Positions 1 to 8,884 of a stretch of 64,000 nt of DNA are shown here, in pieces. The DNA lies in the NCBI RefSeq assembly GCF_001570565.1, contig NZ_BBXE01000013.1, positions 264,984 to 328,983 on the forward strand. The letters run 5' to 3'. How positions within the stretch are numbered: position 1 is the stretch's first letter; every line of letters starts with the position of its first letter. The notes below the pieces were generated by a model. It ran no database searches and had not been told where the DNA came from. It saw nothing but the letters and a program-made list of their open reading frames with translations. A program made the position numbers and the translations under genes. The stretch is from Herbidospora yilanensis (GTDB lineage: Bacteria > Actinomycetota > Actinomycetes > Streptosporangiales > Streptosporangiaceae).

Positions 1-1899
1 GTGCTCCAGGTGGACGGCGGCGTCCTCGTGGGCGAACTGGCCGGAGGCGTGCCGCGCGGCGGCGCGGGCGTAGGTGATGGCCTTGGCCGCCATCCCCGAG
101 ATGACCAGGCCCTCGCGGTAGTGGTAGGCCAGCTCGCCCGGCTGGGTGCCCCGGCCTTCGAGCACGGCCGCGACCCTGGCGTGCATCCGGCGGCGGCGCA
201 ATGGGGCCAGGCCGTCGCGCAGCACGTCGCGCACGATGTCGTGACTGAAGGTGTAACTCAGCGACCGCTCGGTCAGCAGCCGGGCCTGCACCGCGGCGTC
301 GAGCACGTCGAGCACCTGGTCCTGCGGCAGGTCGAGCACGTCGAGCAGCACGCCCAACTCGGTCTCCCGGCCGATCAGGGCGGCGGCGCTCAGCACGTCG
401 TGGGCGCCCAGCGGCAGCGCGGCCAGCCGCCCGCGCAGCACCTCGGCCATCGCGCCCGGAGTGTCGCCCAGGCCGAGGAAGAACGGGTTGCCGCCGGTCC
501 GCCGCAGCTCCACCCCGGCCCGCAGCGGGTCGCCGCCCGAGCGGGCCAGGTATTCGGCCACCGCCTCCTCGGGCAGCCCGCCCAGGGTCACGCCCTCGAC
601 GTGGGACAGGCGGCGCAGCGCCGCCAGCACGCGGGCCAGCGGCTCACCGACCTCGGTGTCCCGGTACGTCGCCAGCACGGTCAGCCCCGGGCACGACCGC
701 GTGGTGGCCAGGAAGTCGAGCAGGCGCAGCGAGGAGGGGTCGGCCCACTGGAGGTCGTCGAGCACGACCACCGTCGGACCGGCCGCGTTGACCAGGCGGG
801 CGACGGCCTCGTACATGGGGAACTCGCCGGTGGCGGCGGTGATCTCGGCGAGCTCGCCGTCGCGGCCGGTCAGTTCGCGCAGCGCCGTCACCCACGGCCA
901 GAACGGCGGCGCGCCTCCCCCGTCCCAGCACCGCCCCACGACCACCCGCGCGCCGGTCGCGCGATGGGCGGCGGCCTCCACCAGGCTGGTCTTGCCGATG
1001 CCGGGCTCCCCGGCGACCAGCACGACCCGGTGCCCCGGCGCCTCGACGGCGGCGGCCAGCCGGGCCAGTTCGGCCGCGCGGCCCAGGATCTCCGCCTCCG
1101 GGGGCGGGGCGGCCAGGCGTACCGGAGCCGACGGGGAGAGCGCGGCGTCCTGGGCGAGGATGCGCGCCTCCAGCTCGCGGGTGCGCGGCTCGGGGTCGAG
1201 ACCGAGCTCGTCGACGAGCATCCGCCGCCCCTCGGCGAGCAGGGCCAGCGCGTCGGCCTGGCGGCCCGCCTGGTAGAGGGCGTGCGCGGCGTGTCTCCTG
1301 ACACGTTCTCTCGTCGGATACGCCGCCACCAGCCGCACCAGCTCCGGCACCAGCTCGGAGCCCCGGCCGAGGGCGAGGTCGGCCTCGTTGGCCTCCTCGA
1401 CGACGGTGAGCCGCAGCTCGTCGAGCGCGACGCGTTCCTCGCGCGCCCAGGGGAGGTTCTCGAACCCGGTCAGCGCGTCGCCGCGCCACTCGCTCAGGGC
1501 CAGCCGGAACTCCCGGGCCGCTTTCCCGGCGTCGCCCGCCGCGAGCAGCCGCCGCCCCTCGTCGACCCGCCCGGCCACCCGGCGCAGGTCGACGTCGCCG
1601 TCGGGGATGTCGAGGGCGTAGCCGCCGGCCCGCCCGACCAGGACGGCCGCGGCCCCCCGGCGCGACCGGCCCGGTTCGAGCACCCGCCGCAACTTCGAGA
1701 TGTACGCCTGGACGGTGTTGACCGCGCTGGTCGGCGGCTCCTCGTCCCACAGGGCGTCGATGATGCGCGTCACGGTCACCGGACGGGGTGAGGCCAGCAG
1801 GCAGAGCGCCAGCACCGACCGCTGTTGGAGCGGTCCGATGTCAAGGGCGACGCCGTCCGCGCCGATCACCGCGATGGGCCCGAGCACCCGGAATTCCAT
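1..1899 (-). CDS. SARP/AfsR-family transcriptional regulator (OmpR-type winged-helix + BTAD + NB-ARC P-loop ATPase); C-terminus runs off the window
   Basis: Reverse complement of 1799-1899 translates MEFRVLGPIAVIGADGVALDIGPLQQRSVLALCLLASPRPVTVTRIIDALWDE, a typical SARP N-terminus. Reverse complement of ~960-1060 gives VVLVAGEPGIGKTSLVEAAAHR (Walker A). The gene is absent from the ORF track, and the listed + ORF 1..1791 is its antisense shadow. Confidence 0.85.
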   Translation of the reverse strand, partial: MEFRVLGPIAVIGADGVALDIGPLQQRSVLALCLLASPRPVTVTRIIDALWDEEPPTSAVNTVQAYISKLRRVLEPGRSRRGAAAVLVGRAGGYALDIPDGDVDLRRVAGRVDEGRRLLAAGDAGKAAREFRLALSEWRGDALTGFENLPWAREERVALDELRLTVVEEANEADLALGRGSELVPELVRLVAAYPTRERVRRHAAHALYQAGRQADALALLAEGRRMLVDELGLDPEPRTRELEARILAQDAALSPSAPVRLAAPPPEAEILGRAAELARLAAAVEAPGHRVVLVAGEPGIGKTSLVEAAAHRATGARVVVGRCWDGGGAPPFWPWVTALRELTGRDGELAEITAATGEFPMYEAVARLVNAAGPTVVVLDDLQWADPSSLRLLDFLATTRSCPGLTVLATYRDTEVGEPLARVLAALRRLSHVEGVTLGGLPEEAVAEYLARSGGDPLRAGVELRRTGGNPFFLGLGDTPGAMAEVLRGRLAALPLGAHDVLSAAALIGRETELGVLLDVLDLPQDQVLDVLDAAVQARLLTERSLSYTFSHDIVRDVLRDGLAPLRRRRMHARVAAVLEGRGTQPGELAYHYREGLVISGMAAKAITYARAAARHASGQFAHEDAAVHLEH

Positions 1900-1923
1900 T
1901 GGGGGATGCTACCGAAAAAAGGG

Positions 1924-3207
1924 TTAATGTCCGGCTCTGCGCAACAACCGGCGTGCCGGTCGAGGACCGGTGGTGCGCAACCAGATCTGGATGGCCGCGC
2001 CGCCCAGCGGCGACCGGTCGACCTTGAGGTGGCCGCCCGTCGACTCGGCCAGCCGGCGGGCGATGTCGAGCCCGAGACCGGTCGACCCCGCGCCGCTGTG
2101 GCCGCGCTTCAGCGCGCCCGCCGGATCGTCGATGCCGGGCCCCGCGTCGGCGATGAGGATGCCGACCATGCCGGACCCCTGGTGGAGGGTGACGGTGAAC
2201 GCGGTCCGTTCGGGGGTGTGCCGGAACACGTTGCCGAGGGTGGCGTCGATGACGGCGCTCAGATCGGCCGCCGCGACGGGGACCTTGGCGGGCTCCTCGG
2301 TGCCGTACAGATCCCACGGCCTGGCCTGGTCCTCGGCCAGCGCCGACCAGAAGGCGAGCCGCTCCTTCAGCACCGCGGCGGCGTCGCAGCCCTGCACCGG
2401 GCGGGAGGGCCGGCGTGCGGTCTCGATGATGGCGTCCACCTCGCGTTCGAGCCGGTCGACCTGCTCGGCGGCCGGGCCGTGGGTGCCGACGTGGAGGCGC
2501 AGGGCGGTGAGCGGGGTGCGCAGCCGGTGGGACAGGTCGGCCGCCAGTTCCCGCTCGGCCGCGAGCAGCCCGGCGACCTGGTCGGCCATGGTGTTGAAGG
2601 CCTGCCCGGCGGCGACCAGCTCGGGCGGCCCGGCGGGGGTGATGCGGACCGACAGGTCCCCGGCGCCGAGCGCGCCCGCGGCCTCGCCCAGGGACCGGGT
2701 CGCCTTCACCATCCGGGATCCGAGCCGGTCGGCCACCCCCACCGAGCCCGCGACCAGGGCGACGGCCACCCCGGTGAGGACCGCCCAGGAGGCGGCGACT
2801 CCCTCGCTGAGGGCGGCGTCGGGCACGTACACCTCGATGACCGCCCTTCTCCCCCGGTCGAGCGCGACCGGGCGGAGCACCGCGAACCCGCCCGCGACCT
2901 TGATGGTCTCGGCCCGCACGGTGGCGAGGTCGACGCCGCCGACCCGCGACACGCCGACCGAGGCCCCGTCGAGGTGGACGGCCAGCCGGCTCGCGCCCCC
3001 GGCGGCGGTGCTGGCCAGCGCCGGTTCGAGGCGGCCGGGATCGGTGGTGACGACGAGCGCCGGGACGATCATGCTGGCCTGTCGTTCGGCGTCGTTGAGC
3101 GCCCGGCTCTCGGCGGCCTGCTTGACGGCGGCGGCCAGCGGGATCAGGAACGCGAGCGCCACCATCGCCGTCACGGCCACGGCGACGAGCGCCAAGCTCC
3201 GGCGCAT
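1924..3207 (-). CDS. sensor histidine kinase (TM + HAMP + HisKA + HATPase_c)
   Basis: Real start MRRSLALVAVAVTAMVALAFL (ATG at 3205-3207, complement), inside the longer 1924..4362 ORF. H-box LSHRLRTPLTAL and G-box GLGLDIARRLAESTGGHL are present. The start overlaps the stop of the upstream response regulator by 1 nt. Confidence 0.85.
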   Translation of the reverse strand: MRRSLALVAVAVTAMVALAFLIPLAAAVKQAAESRALNDAERQASMIVPALVVTTDPGRLEPALASTAAGGASRLAVHLDGASVGVSRVGGVDLATVRAETIKVAGGFAVLRPVALDRGRRAVIEVYVPDAALSEGVAASWAVLTGVAVALVAGSVGVADRLGSRMVKATRSLGEAAGALGAGDLSVRITPAGPPELVAAGQAFNTMADQVAGLLAAERELAADLSHRLRTPLTALRLHVGTHGPAAEQVDRLEREVDAIIETARRPSRPVQGCDAAAVLKERLAFWSALAEDQARPWDLYGTEEPAKVPVAAADLSAVIDATLGNVFRHTPERTAFTVTLHQGSGMVGILIADAGPGIDDPAGALKRGHSGAGSTGLGLDIARRLAESTGGHLKVDRSPLGGAAIQIWLRTTGPRPARRLLRRAGH

Positions 3208-3887
3208 CAGACGCCGGGCGCGCTGAGCCGGACGCCGACCCCCCGCACCGTGTGGATGTACCGGGGACTCGACGCGCTCTCGCCGAGCTTGCGCCGCAAC
3301 CACGACAGGTGCACGTCGATCGTCTGGTCGTCGCCGTACGACTGCCGCCACACCTCGGTCAGCAGTTCCTTCCGCGAGACCACCCGGTCGGGCCGCGCCC
3401 CCAGATAGGCCAGCAGGTCGAACTCCCGGCGGGTCAGCTCCAGCGGTCTCCCGTCGAGCGCCGCCTCGCGCCGCGCCGGGTCGACGGTCAGCCCGCCGAT
3501 CCGGATCGGCGCCGTCGCCGGGGCGGTCCGCGCCCGCCGCAGCACCGCCTCGATGCGGGCGTTGAGATGGTCGCCGGAGAACGGCTTGACGAGATAGTCG
3601 TCGGCGCCGTCCCGCAGCAGCCGCACGATCTCGGCCTCGTCGTCGCGGGCCGTGGCGATGATGACCGGCACGTCGGAGATGGCCCGCAACATCTTCAGCG
3701 CCTCGGCCCCGTCGAGGTCGGGTAAGCCCAGGTCGAGCACGACCACGTCGGGCGGGAAGTGCGCGATGTCGCGCAGCGCGTCGAGAGCGCCGCCCGCGCT
3801 GCGCACGGCGTGGCTGCGGCCCCCCAGATCGCGGATGATCGCCGACCGGACGAACTCGTCGTCCTCCACCACCAGAACCGTCGCCAT
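3207..3887 (-). CDS. OmpR-family response regulator (REC + winged-helix)
   Basis: MATVLVVEDDEFVRSAI...DLGLPDLDG...TRREFDLLAYL...IHTVRGVGVRL; ATG at 3885-3887 (complement). Confidence 0.9.
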   Translation of the reverse strand: MATVLVVEDDEFVRSAIIRDLGGRSHAVRSAGGALDALRDIAHFPPDVVVLDLGLPDLDGAEALKMLRAISDVPVIIATARDDEAEIVRLLRDGADDYLVKPFSGDHLNARIEAVLRRARTAPATAPIRIGGLTVDPARREAALDGRPLELTRREFDLLAYLGARPDRVVSRKELLTEVWRQSYGDDQTIDVHLSWLRRKLGESASSPRYIHTVRGVGVRLSAPGV

Positions 3888-3893
3888 GGCCCC

Positions 3894-3910
3894 ACACGTT
3901 ACGACACGTT
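3894..3910. promoter_or_regulatory. direct repeat ACACGTT-N3-ACACGTT in the RR/hypothetical divergent promoter
   Basis: Two exact ACACGTT copies with 10-bp periodicity, immediately upstream of the response-regulator start. This is the typical geometry of an OmpR-family binding site. Confidence 0.3.
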
Positions 3911-3940
3911 TCGATGGTCTTTCGGGGATAATGCCGCCAT

Positions 3941-4477
3941 ATGCGTGCGATCGGGTACACCGTGGCGTGGTGCGGGGCCACCGCCCTCGCCGTCGGAGTG
4001 GCCTGGTTCGGCGTGAGCGGCGTCCTGCGCACGGCTCTCGGCGACGGAGAGCCGCTGACCCCGCTGGTGGTCGCGGCCCCGAACCTGGTGTCGGGCGTCC
4101 AGCGCGAACCTCCCCCCGCACCGGACGAGAAGGCGGCGCCACCTCCCGCTCCGAGCACGACGCCCACCCCGGCCCCCCGGCCCAGGAAGAAGCCCACCGC
4201 GAGCAGCCGCCCGACGCCCACGCGGAAGAGCCCGGTCCCCTCTCCGGCCGCGGCGGAGAGACTGCACACCTTCACCCTCAAGGGCGGCCGGGCGACGGTG
4301 GCCGTCGGGGAGGGCGACTGCCGGATCGTGTCGGCCACCCCGGCGGAGGGCTGGGAGCTCAAGACGTGGACGGAGCCCTACTGGCTGCGCGTCACGTTCC
4401 TGAAGGACGGCCGGGAGTCGTCGGCCTTCTGCACGTGGAACACGTTGCCCCCGAGGCTCGACACCTACGAGACGTGA
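3941..4477 (+). CDS. hypothetical membrane-anchored protein with a Pro-rich linker
   Basis: N-terminal hydrophobic segment, PPPAPSTTPTPAPRP linker and a C-terminal globular part; GC3-rich codons. Confidence 0.6.
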   Translation: MRAIGYTVAWCGATALAVGVAWFGVSGVLRTALGDGEPLTPLVVAAPNLVSGVQREPPPAPDEKAAPPPAPSTTPTPAPRPRKKPTASSRPTPTRKSPVPSPAAAERLHTFTLKGGRATVAVGEGDCRIVSATPAEGWELKTWTEPYWLRVTFLKDGRESSAFCTWNTLPPRLDTYET

Positions 4478-4503
4478 AAGGGGGCGGCTCGGCCGCCCCC
4501 TTT
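4478..4503. terminator. bidirectional intrinsic terminator
   Basis: AAGGGGGCGGC-tcg-GCCGCCCCCTT followed by TTT, between convergent genes ending at 4477 (+) and 4515 (-). Confidence 0.6.
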
Positions 4504-4514
4504 CGCCTGAATCG

Positions 4515-5180
4515 CTACTTGAGCGACTTCTGGTACTTCTGCAGTTCCTTCAGGTGCTTCCGGCCCGACTCGATGATCGCGTTGGCCATCTGGATCCCGG
4601 GCCCGAACTCGCCGCCGGCCGTCTCCTCCTCGGCCAGGGCCAGCGCCCCCTTCTGGTGCTCGATCATCAACGCCACGAAGCGCTCGTCGAAGGCGGCCCC
4701 GGCCGACCCGGCCAGGTCGGCCATGTCCTTGTCCGAGATGAGCCCCGGCATCGGCTTCCCGCGCTCAAGCGGCTCCACCGCCCACTCCGACAACCATGCC
4801 TTCAACGTCTGCACCTCGGGCTCGCGCGCCGCCCGGATCTCGGCGGCGAAGTCGCGCACCCACTGGTCGCCGGCGGCGGTCGCGGCCAGCCCGGTCAGGT
4901 CGTAGGCCTGGAGGTTGTGGGTGATCAACGTCGAGGCGAAGGTCTTGTCCGTCTCGTTGGGCGCGGCGTCGGCGACGACGGCCGGCTCCTCGGTGGGCGT
5001 CGGCTCCTCGGCCGCCTCGGTCGCCTGGGGCTCCTGCGACGCCGTCACGGTGGGGATGGCGTCGGGGGTGGTAGGGGCGGCCGGGGGCGGCGTGGCGGCG
5101 GTGCCGCTCCCGGAGGAGCACCCGGAGATCAGGGCCACGGCCGCGAGGGCGGGCAGGGCGATCCGGCGGAAGGTCGTCAT
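4515..5180 (-). CDS. DUF305-family lipoprotein
   Basis: MTTFRRIALPALAAVALISGCSSG lipobox; MIEHQKGALALA motif typical of DUF305. Start chosen at the internal Met of the 4515..5261 ORF. Confidence 0.75.
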   Translation of the reverse strand: MTTFRRIALPALAAVALISGCSSGSGTAATPPPAAPTTPDAIPTVTASQEPQATEAAEEPTPTEEPAVVADAAPNETDKTFASTLITHNLQAYDLTGLAATAAGDQWVRDFAAEIRAAREPEVQTLKAWLSEWAVEPLERGKPMPGLISDKDMADLAGSAGAAFDERFVALMIEHQKGALALAEEETAGGEFGPGIQMANAIIESGRKHLKELQKYQKSLK

Positions 5181-5414
5181 GGGGCGAGACCCTACCGAAA
5201 CCCACATAAGGGAGTGTTCAGCTAAAGGGCGAAGGGCCACAGACCGCCTGAATCGTGCCACTCAGCGAACTCTCCTAACTCTTTCGGTCAAACCATGGTG
5301 CGCTTCCGGAGCACGTGTTCTAACCTGCGACCATGCGCAAGTGGCCCGAAAATCGATGAAAGGTTTCATCCACTCGAAACCTCTGTTGACACGCACGAAA
5401 CAGTGATACGTTCT

Positions 5415-5428
5415 TGGGAGCGCTCCCA
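5415..5428. promoter_or_regulatory. CebR-type LacI-family operator TGGGAGCGCTCCCA (perfect 14-bp palindrome; 16 bp with the T/A flanks)
   Basis: Perfect palindrome 38 bp upstream of the LacI-family gene start. It is identical to the published Streptomyces CebR box consensus. Confidence 0.55.
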
Positions 5429-5466
5429 AGCCGCCGCGTGACACAATTCGGGCCTGAGGAGACCGG

Positions 5467-6471
5467 ATGGCCGATCTTCCCACCCTCGCAGAGGTAGCCG
5501 CCGCTGCTGGCGTCTCCCCGGCAACCGCTTCCCGAGTCCTGACGGGCTCGGTCAGAGTGACAACAAGCACCAGGCGACAGGTCCACGACGCCATGTCGCG
5601 CCTGGGGTACGTCCGCCGGAGAGCCCCCCGGGGTTCCACCGCGCGCCGTACGGACCAGATCGTCGCCGCAGTGGTCTGCGAACAGACGCCTCGGTTGTTC
5701 ACCGAGCCGTACTACGCACGACTGTTGTCGGCCGCCGAAGAGGTCTTCGCCGGCCACGGGGTACCCCTCGTGGTCATGACGGCCACTCCGGCGACCGCCG
5801 CGATCGCCGCTCCGCCACTGGTGGCGGGGGCCGTCGACGGGGTGCTGCTGATCGGGGCGCGGGCCCGCCACCCGCTCGCCGTGACGCTCGCCGCCTCGGG
5901 GATCCCGGTCCGCAGTGCCGGGCGTCCACCGGACGGCGTGGACCTCCCCTACGTCGACATGGACAATCGCGACGGTGGCCGCCAGGCCGCCGAACACCTG
6001 CTGCTGGGCAACCGCAGGGTGATCGCCACGATCGCCGGGCCGCCGACTCTCCCGGCGGCCAGGGACCGGCTCGACGGGTTCCGGGAGACCCTCCGCGACG
6101 CGGGGGTCACCGACATGCCCGTCGCGTACGGCGACTTCACCCACGCCTCGGGCGCGCACGCCATGCAATGGCTGCTGCAACGCGCACCCAGGCTGGACGC
6201 GGTGTTCGCCGCGTCCGACGTGATGGCGGCCGGCGCGATCCAGGCGCTGCGGCGGGCCGGGCGCAAGGTGCCCGACGACGTCGCGGTGGTCGGGTTCGAC
6301 GACGCCCCCATCGCCCGGCACACCTCGCCGACGCTCACCACGGTCCGCCAGCCCGTAGAGGAACAGGCGGCCCTGGCCGCCCGGATGCTCCTCATGGCCC
6401 TCGCCGAAGGCGAGTCGCCCAAGGGGAACCCCGTCCTGCCCACGGAACTGATCGTCCGTGAATCGACCTGA
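5467..6471 (+). CDS. LacI-family transcriptional regulator (CebR-like)
   Basis: N-terminal HTH LAEVAAAAGVSPATASRVL plus a periplasmic-binding-fold sugar-binding domain. Confidence 0.9.
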   Translation: MADLPTLAEVAAAAGVSPATASRVLTGSVRVTTSTRRQVHDAMSRLGYVRRRAPRGSTARRTDQIVAAVVCEQTPRLFTEPYYARLLSAAEEVFAGHGVPLVVMTATPATAAIAAPPLVAGAVDGVLLIGARARHPLAVTLAASGIPVRSAGRPPDGVDLPYVDMDNRDGGRQAAEHLLLGNRRVIATIAGPPTLPAARDRLDGFRETLRDAGVTDMPVAYGDFTHASGAHAMQWLLQRAPRLDAVFAASDVMAAGAIQALRRAGRKVPDDVAVVGFDDAPIARHTSPTLTTVRQPVEEQAALAARMLLMALAEGESPKGNPVLPTELIVREST

Positions 6472-7897
6472 GCTGGCCGAAGGCGATGTCCTGACCCGTC
6501 GCTATCTGCTCCAGGAGCGGATAGCGACGGGCGGCATGTCGGTCATCTGGAAGGCGTTCGACCAGTCTCTCCAGCGGACCGTCGCCATCAAGCTGCTCGA
6601 CTCGTCCCTCGACGGCGACAACCCCGGCCGGGAACTCATCCGCCGGGAGGCCAGGGCGACGGCCCGGCTGATCCACCCCGACGCCATCGAGGTCTACGAC
6701 TACGGCGAGACCGTCACCCCCCGGGGACGCCTCGCCGCCTACGTCGTCATGCGCCTCCTGGAGGGCAGGTCCCTGGCCGACCGCCTGGCCGAGGGCCCGC
6801 TCCCCTGGGAGGAGGCCGCGGCCACGGCCGCCCGCCTGGCCCTGGTGCTCGCCGCCGCCCACGAACGCGGCATCGTGCACCGCGACGTGACGCCGGAGAA
6901 CGTCCTCCTCACCCCGGAGGGCGCCAAGCTGCTCGACTTCGGCATCGCCGCGTTCGCCGGCGAGGCCGACGACGAGCTGGTCAAGGACTTCGGCACGCCG
7001 CCATACGTGGCCCCGGAACGCCTCAGGGAGTTGCCCGCCGCCCCCGCGGTCGACGTCTACTCCCTGGGCGTCCTCCTGTACGAGATGCTCAAGGGCCGCC
7101 CGCCCTATCCCGAGACGACCTGGGAGGGCATCGAACAGGCCCGCCGCGACGGCCCGCCCCCGGGCCCCGACGGCGTGCCCGGCCTCCCTTCCGAGATCGC
7201 CGCCCTCTGCCGCCGCTGTCTGTCGCCCGACCCGACGGAACGCCCGAGCGCGCGTGAGGTCGCCGCCGCCCTGATGCCCGGAGAGGCCGAACGCGAGCCC
7301 GGCTGGGTCAAGTGGGGAGCCGCGGTGGCCGGGGTGCTGGCGCTCGGCGTCCTGCTCGTCCAGCAGCCGGGCACCCCGGCCGGCCTGGCCGCCGACATCA
7401 GCCTGAGCGTGACCCCCACCAGCCAGGCCACCGCCCGCACCCCCGCCGACCGCAGCGTCCCGGTGCTGGACCCGGCCCCCGAGGCGGCCGAACCCAGGGC
7501 CACCGACGCGGGCTCACCCCCGATCACGGAGGACGAGCCGGAGCCGCCGCCGAAGAGCCCGCCGCCCCGGCCGACCCCGCGTCCCGGGTCGACGCTGGGC
7601 CCCATCCCGCTGGCCAGCCCCGCCCCCGGCGTCCCGACCGTGAAGGAGGCGGCGGCGGAGTTCGACCGTCTGGTGGCCGAGGGCGGCAAGGCGGGCCACA
7701 TCATCGGCTACGCGGCCGACGACCTGCGGCTGGAACTGCGCAACATGATCGCCAACGACGACGCCGGCGCGATCGGGAACCTGCGGACGAAACTCGACGA
7801 CCGCCTGAGGGAGGAGGTCCTCACCCCGGCCTTCAAGACCCGCCTGGAAGGGGCCCTCGACCGTTTGGCGGCGGCCTTCGCCGCGAAGGGCGCCTGA
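6458..7897 (+). CDS. membrane Ser/Thr protein kinase with Pro-rich linker and C-terminal extracytoplasmic domain
   Basis: Gly-loop IATGGMSVIW, VAIK, HRDVTPENVLL and DFG motifs; a TM segment WGAAVAGVLALGVLLV; GTG start overlapping the LacI stop by 14 nt. Confidence 0.85.
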   Translation: MNRPELAEGDVLTRRYLLQERIATGGMSVIWKAFDQSLQRTVAIKLLDSSLDGDNPGRELIRREARATARLIHPDAIEVYDYGETVTPRGRLAAYVVMRLLEGRSLADRLAEGPLPWEEAAATAARLALVLAAAHERGIVHRDVTPENVLLTPEGAKLLDFGIAAFAGEADDELVKDFGTPPYVAPERLRELPAAPAVDVYSLGVLLYEMLKGRPPYPETTWEGIEQARRDGPPPGPDGVPGLPSEIAALCRRCLSPDPTERPSAREVAAALMPGEAEREPGWVKWGAAVAGVLALGVLLVQQPGTPAGLAADISLSVTPTSQATARTPADRSVPVLDPAPEAAEPRATDAGSPPITEDEPEPPPKSPPPRPTPRPGSTLGPIPLASPAPGVPTVKEAAAEFDRLVAEGGKAGHIIGYAADDLRLELRNMIANDDAGAIGNLRTKLDDRLREEVLTPAFKTRLEGALDRLAAAFAAKGA

Positions 7898-7899
7898 GC

Positions 7900-7930
7900 G
7901 ACGCCCCACAGAACAGTCCTCGGGCGTCTT
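7900..7930 (+). terminator. weak hairpin terminator after the kinase gene
   Basis: GACGCCC-15 nt loop-GGGCGTC followed by TT. Confidence 0.35.
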
Positions 7931-8193
7931 CCACCTACGTTGCCGCGCTCTCAGAAAATGTCAGCCCCACCCGGGAGGCTCACTCCCCTGGGGCGGGCGG
8001 GCCGTTTCAATCGCCGGCCGCCCTTCATCCGGGCCGCGCTCCAAAAGCCCCCGCAAGCCCTCCGGAGTCCACTCCGTGGAACACCCGCTGGCGGACCTCG
8101 GTCCTGACCCGGCAGAGTAAAGCCAGATCGTGCGGGCCCCCGCACGTGTCCGCACGATCCGCGATTCCCTCCGCGCAAAACGCGCGATATCCC

Positions 8194-8226
8194 GTGGGAG
8201 CGCTCCCGTCAATGGGAGCGCTCCCA
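8194..8226. promoter_or_regulatory. two tandem CebR-type boxes (gTGGGAGCGCTCCCg and TGGGAGCGCTCCCA)
   Basis: 13/14 and 14/14 matches to the palindrome found at 5415, spaced 18 bp centre to centre, ~120 bp upstream of mscL. Confidence 0.55.
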
Positions 8227-8347
8227 GAATAAGCGTGTGTTTCATGCCCGTATCGCCTCGGTTGCCGGACCCACCCTTCACCTTCCCGCAAGCCTGCCGA
8301 ATCTTTCGTACGGATTCTGCGCCTTTCATTGGGTAGCCTGCGGGCCC

Positions 8348-8773
8348 ATGAGCGGATTCAAAAAATTCCTCCTCCGCGGCAACATCGTGGAGCTGGCGGT
8401 CGCCGTGGTCATCGGCGCCGCCTTCGGCGGTCTCGTCCAGGCCGTGGTCGCCGACTTCATCACTCCCCTGGTCAAGGCCATCACCGGCGGCGCCGAGCAG
8501 AGCTTCGGCGAGCTCAAGTTCACCGTCAACGGCAGCGACTTCGCCTACGGCCACTTCCTCAACACCCTGTTGAGCTTCGTGATCATCTCGGCGGTCGTCT
8601 ACTGGCTGGTGGTCACCCCCATGACCCGGCTGGTCGCCATGTTCGAGAAGGACAAGGTCGCCACAGAGAAGAAGTGCCCGGAATGTCTGAGCGACGTACC
8701 CGTCGAGGCCCGCAGGTGTGCCTTCTGCACGAGTGACCTGACCCCGGCGGCGGCCGAGCGGCCGGCCATGTAA
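8348..8773 (+). CDS. mscL: large-conductance mechanosensitive channel MscL with C-terminal CxxC...CxxC tail
   Basis: MSGFKKFLLRGNIVELAVAVVIGAAFGGLV is the canonical MscL N-terminus and TM1. The C-terminus carries KKCPECLSDVPVEARRCAFCTSD. Confidence 0.85.
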   Translation: MSGFKKFLLRGNIVELAVAVVIGAAFGGLVQAVVADFITPLVKAITGGAEQSFGELKFTVNGSDFAYGHFLNTLLSFVIISAVVYWLVVTPMTRLVAMFEKDKVATEKKCPECLSDVPVEARRCAFCTSDLTPAAAERPAM

Positions 8774-8884
8774 GAGTTCGGGCATAAGGCCGGCGTAAAA
8801 GTTGTAAGCGGCGTGAAAGGCCGCCGCAAGTGGGCTTCCCTAGTGTCCCGTCTCGTCAAAGACAACTAGGAAGGCACTCTCCCA

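Noticed and set aside
1-1791. 596-aa + strand ORF at the window start
   Set aside because: Arg/Gly/Ala-rich low-complexity translation. The opposite strand encodes a clear SARP regulator, so this is an antisense shadow ORF.
7958-8101. 47-codon Arg/Pro-rich + ORF in the kinase-mscL spacer
   Set aside because: It has no RBS, its composition is typical of random high-GC frames, and no motif is present.
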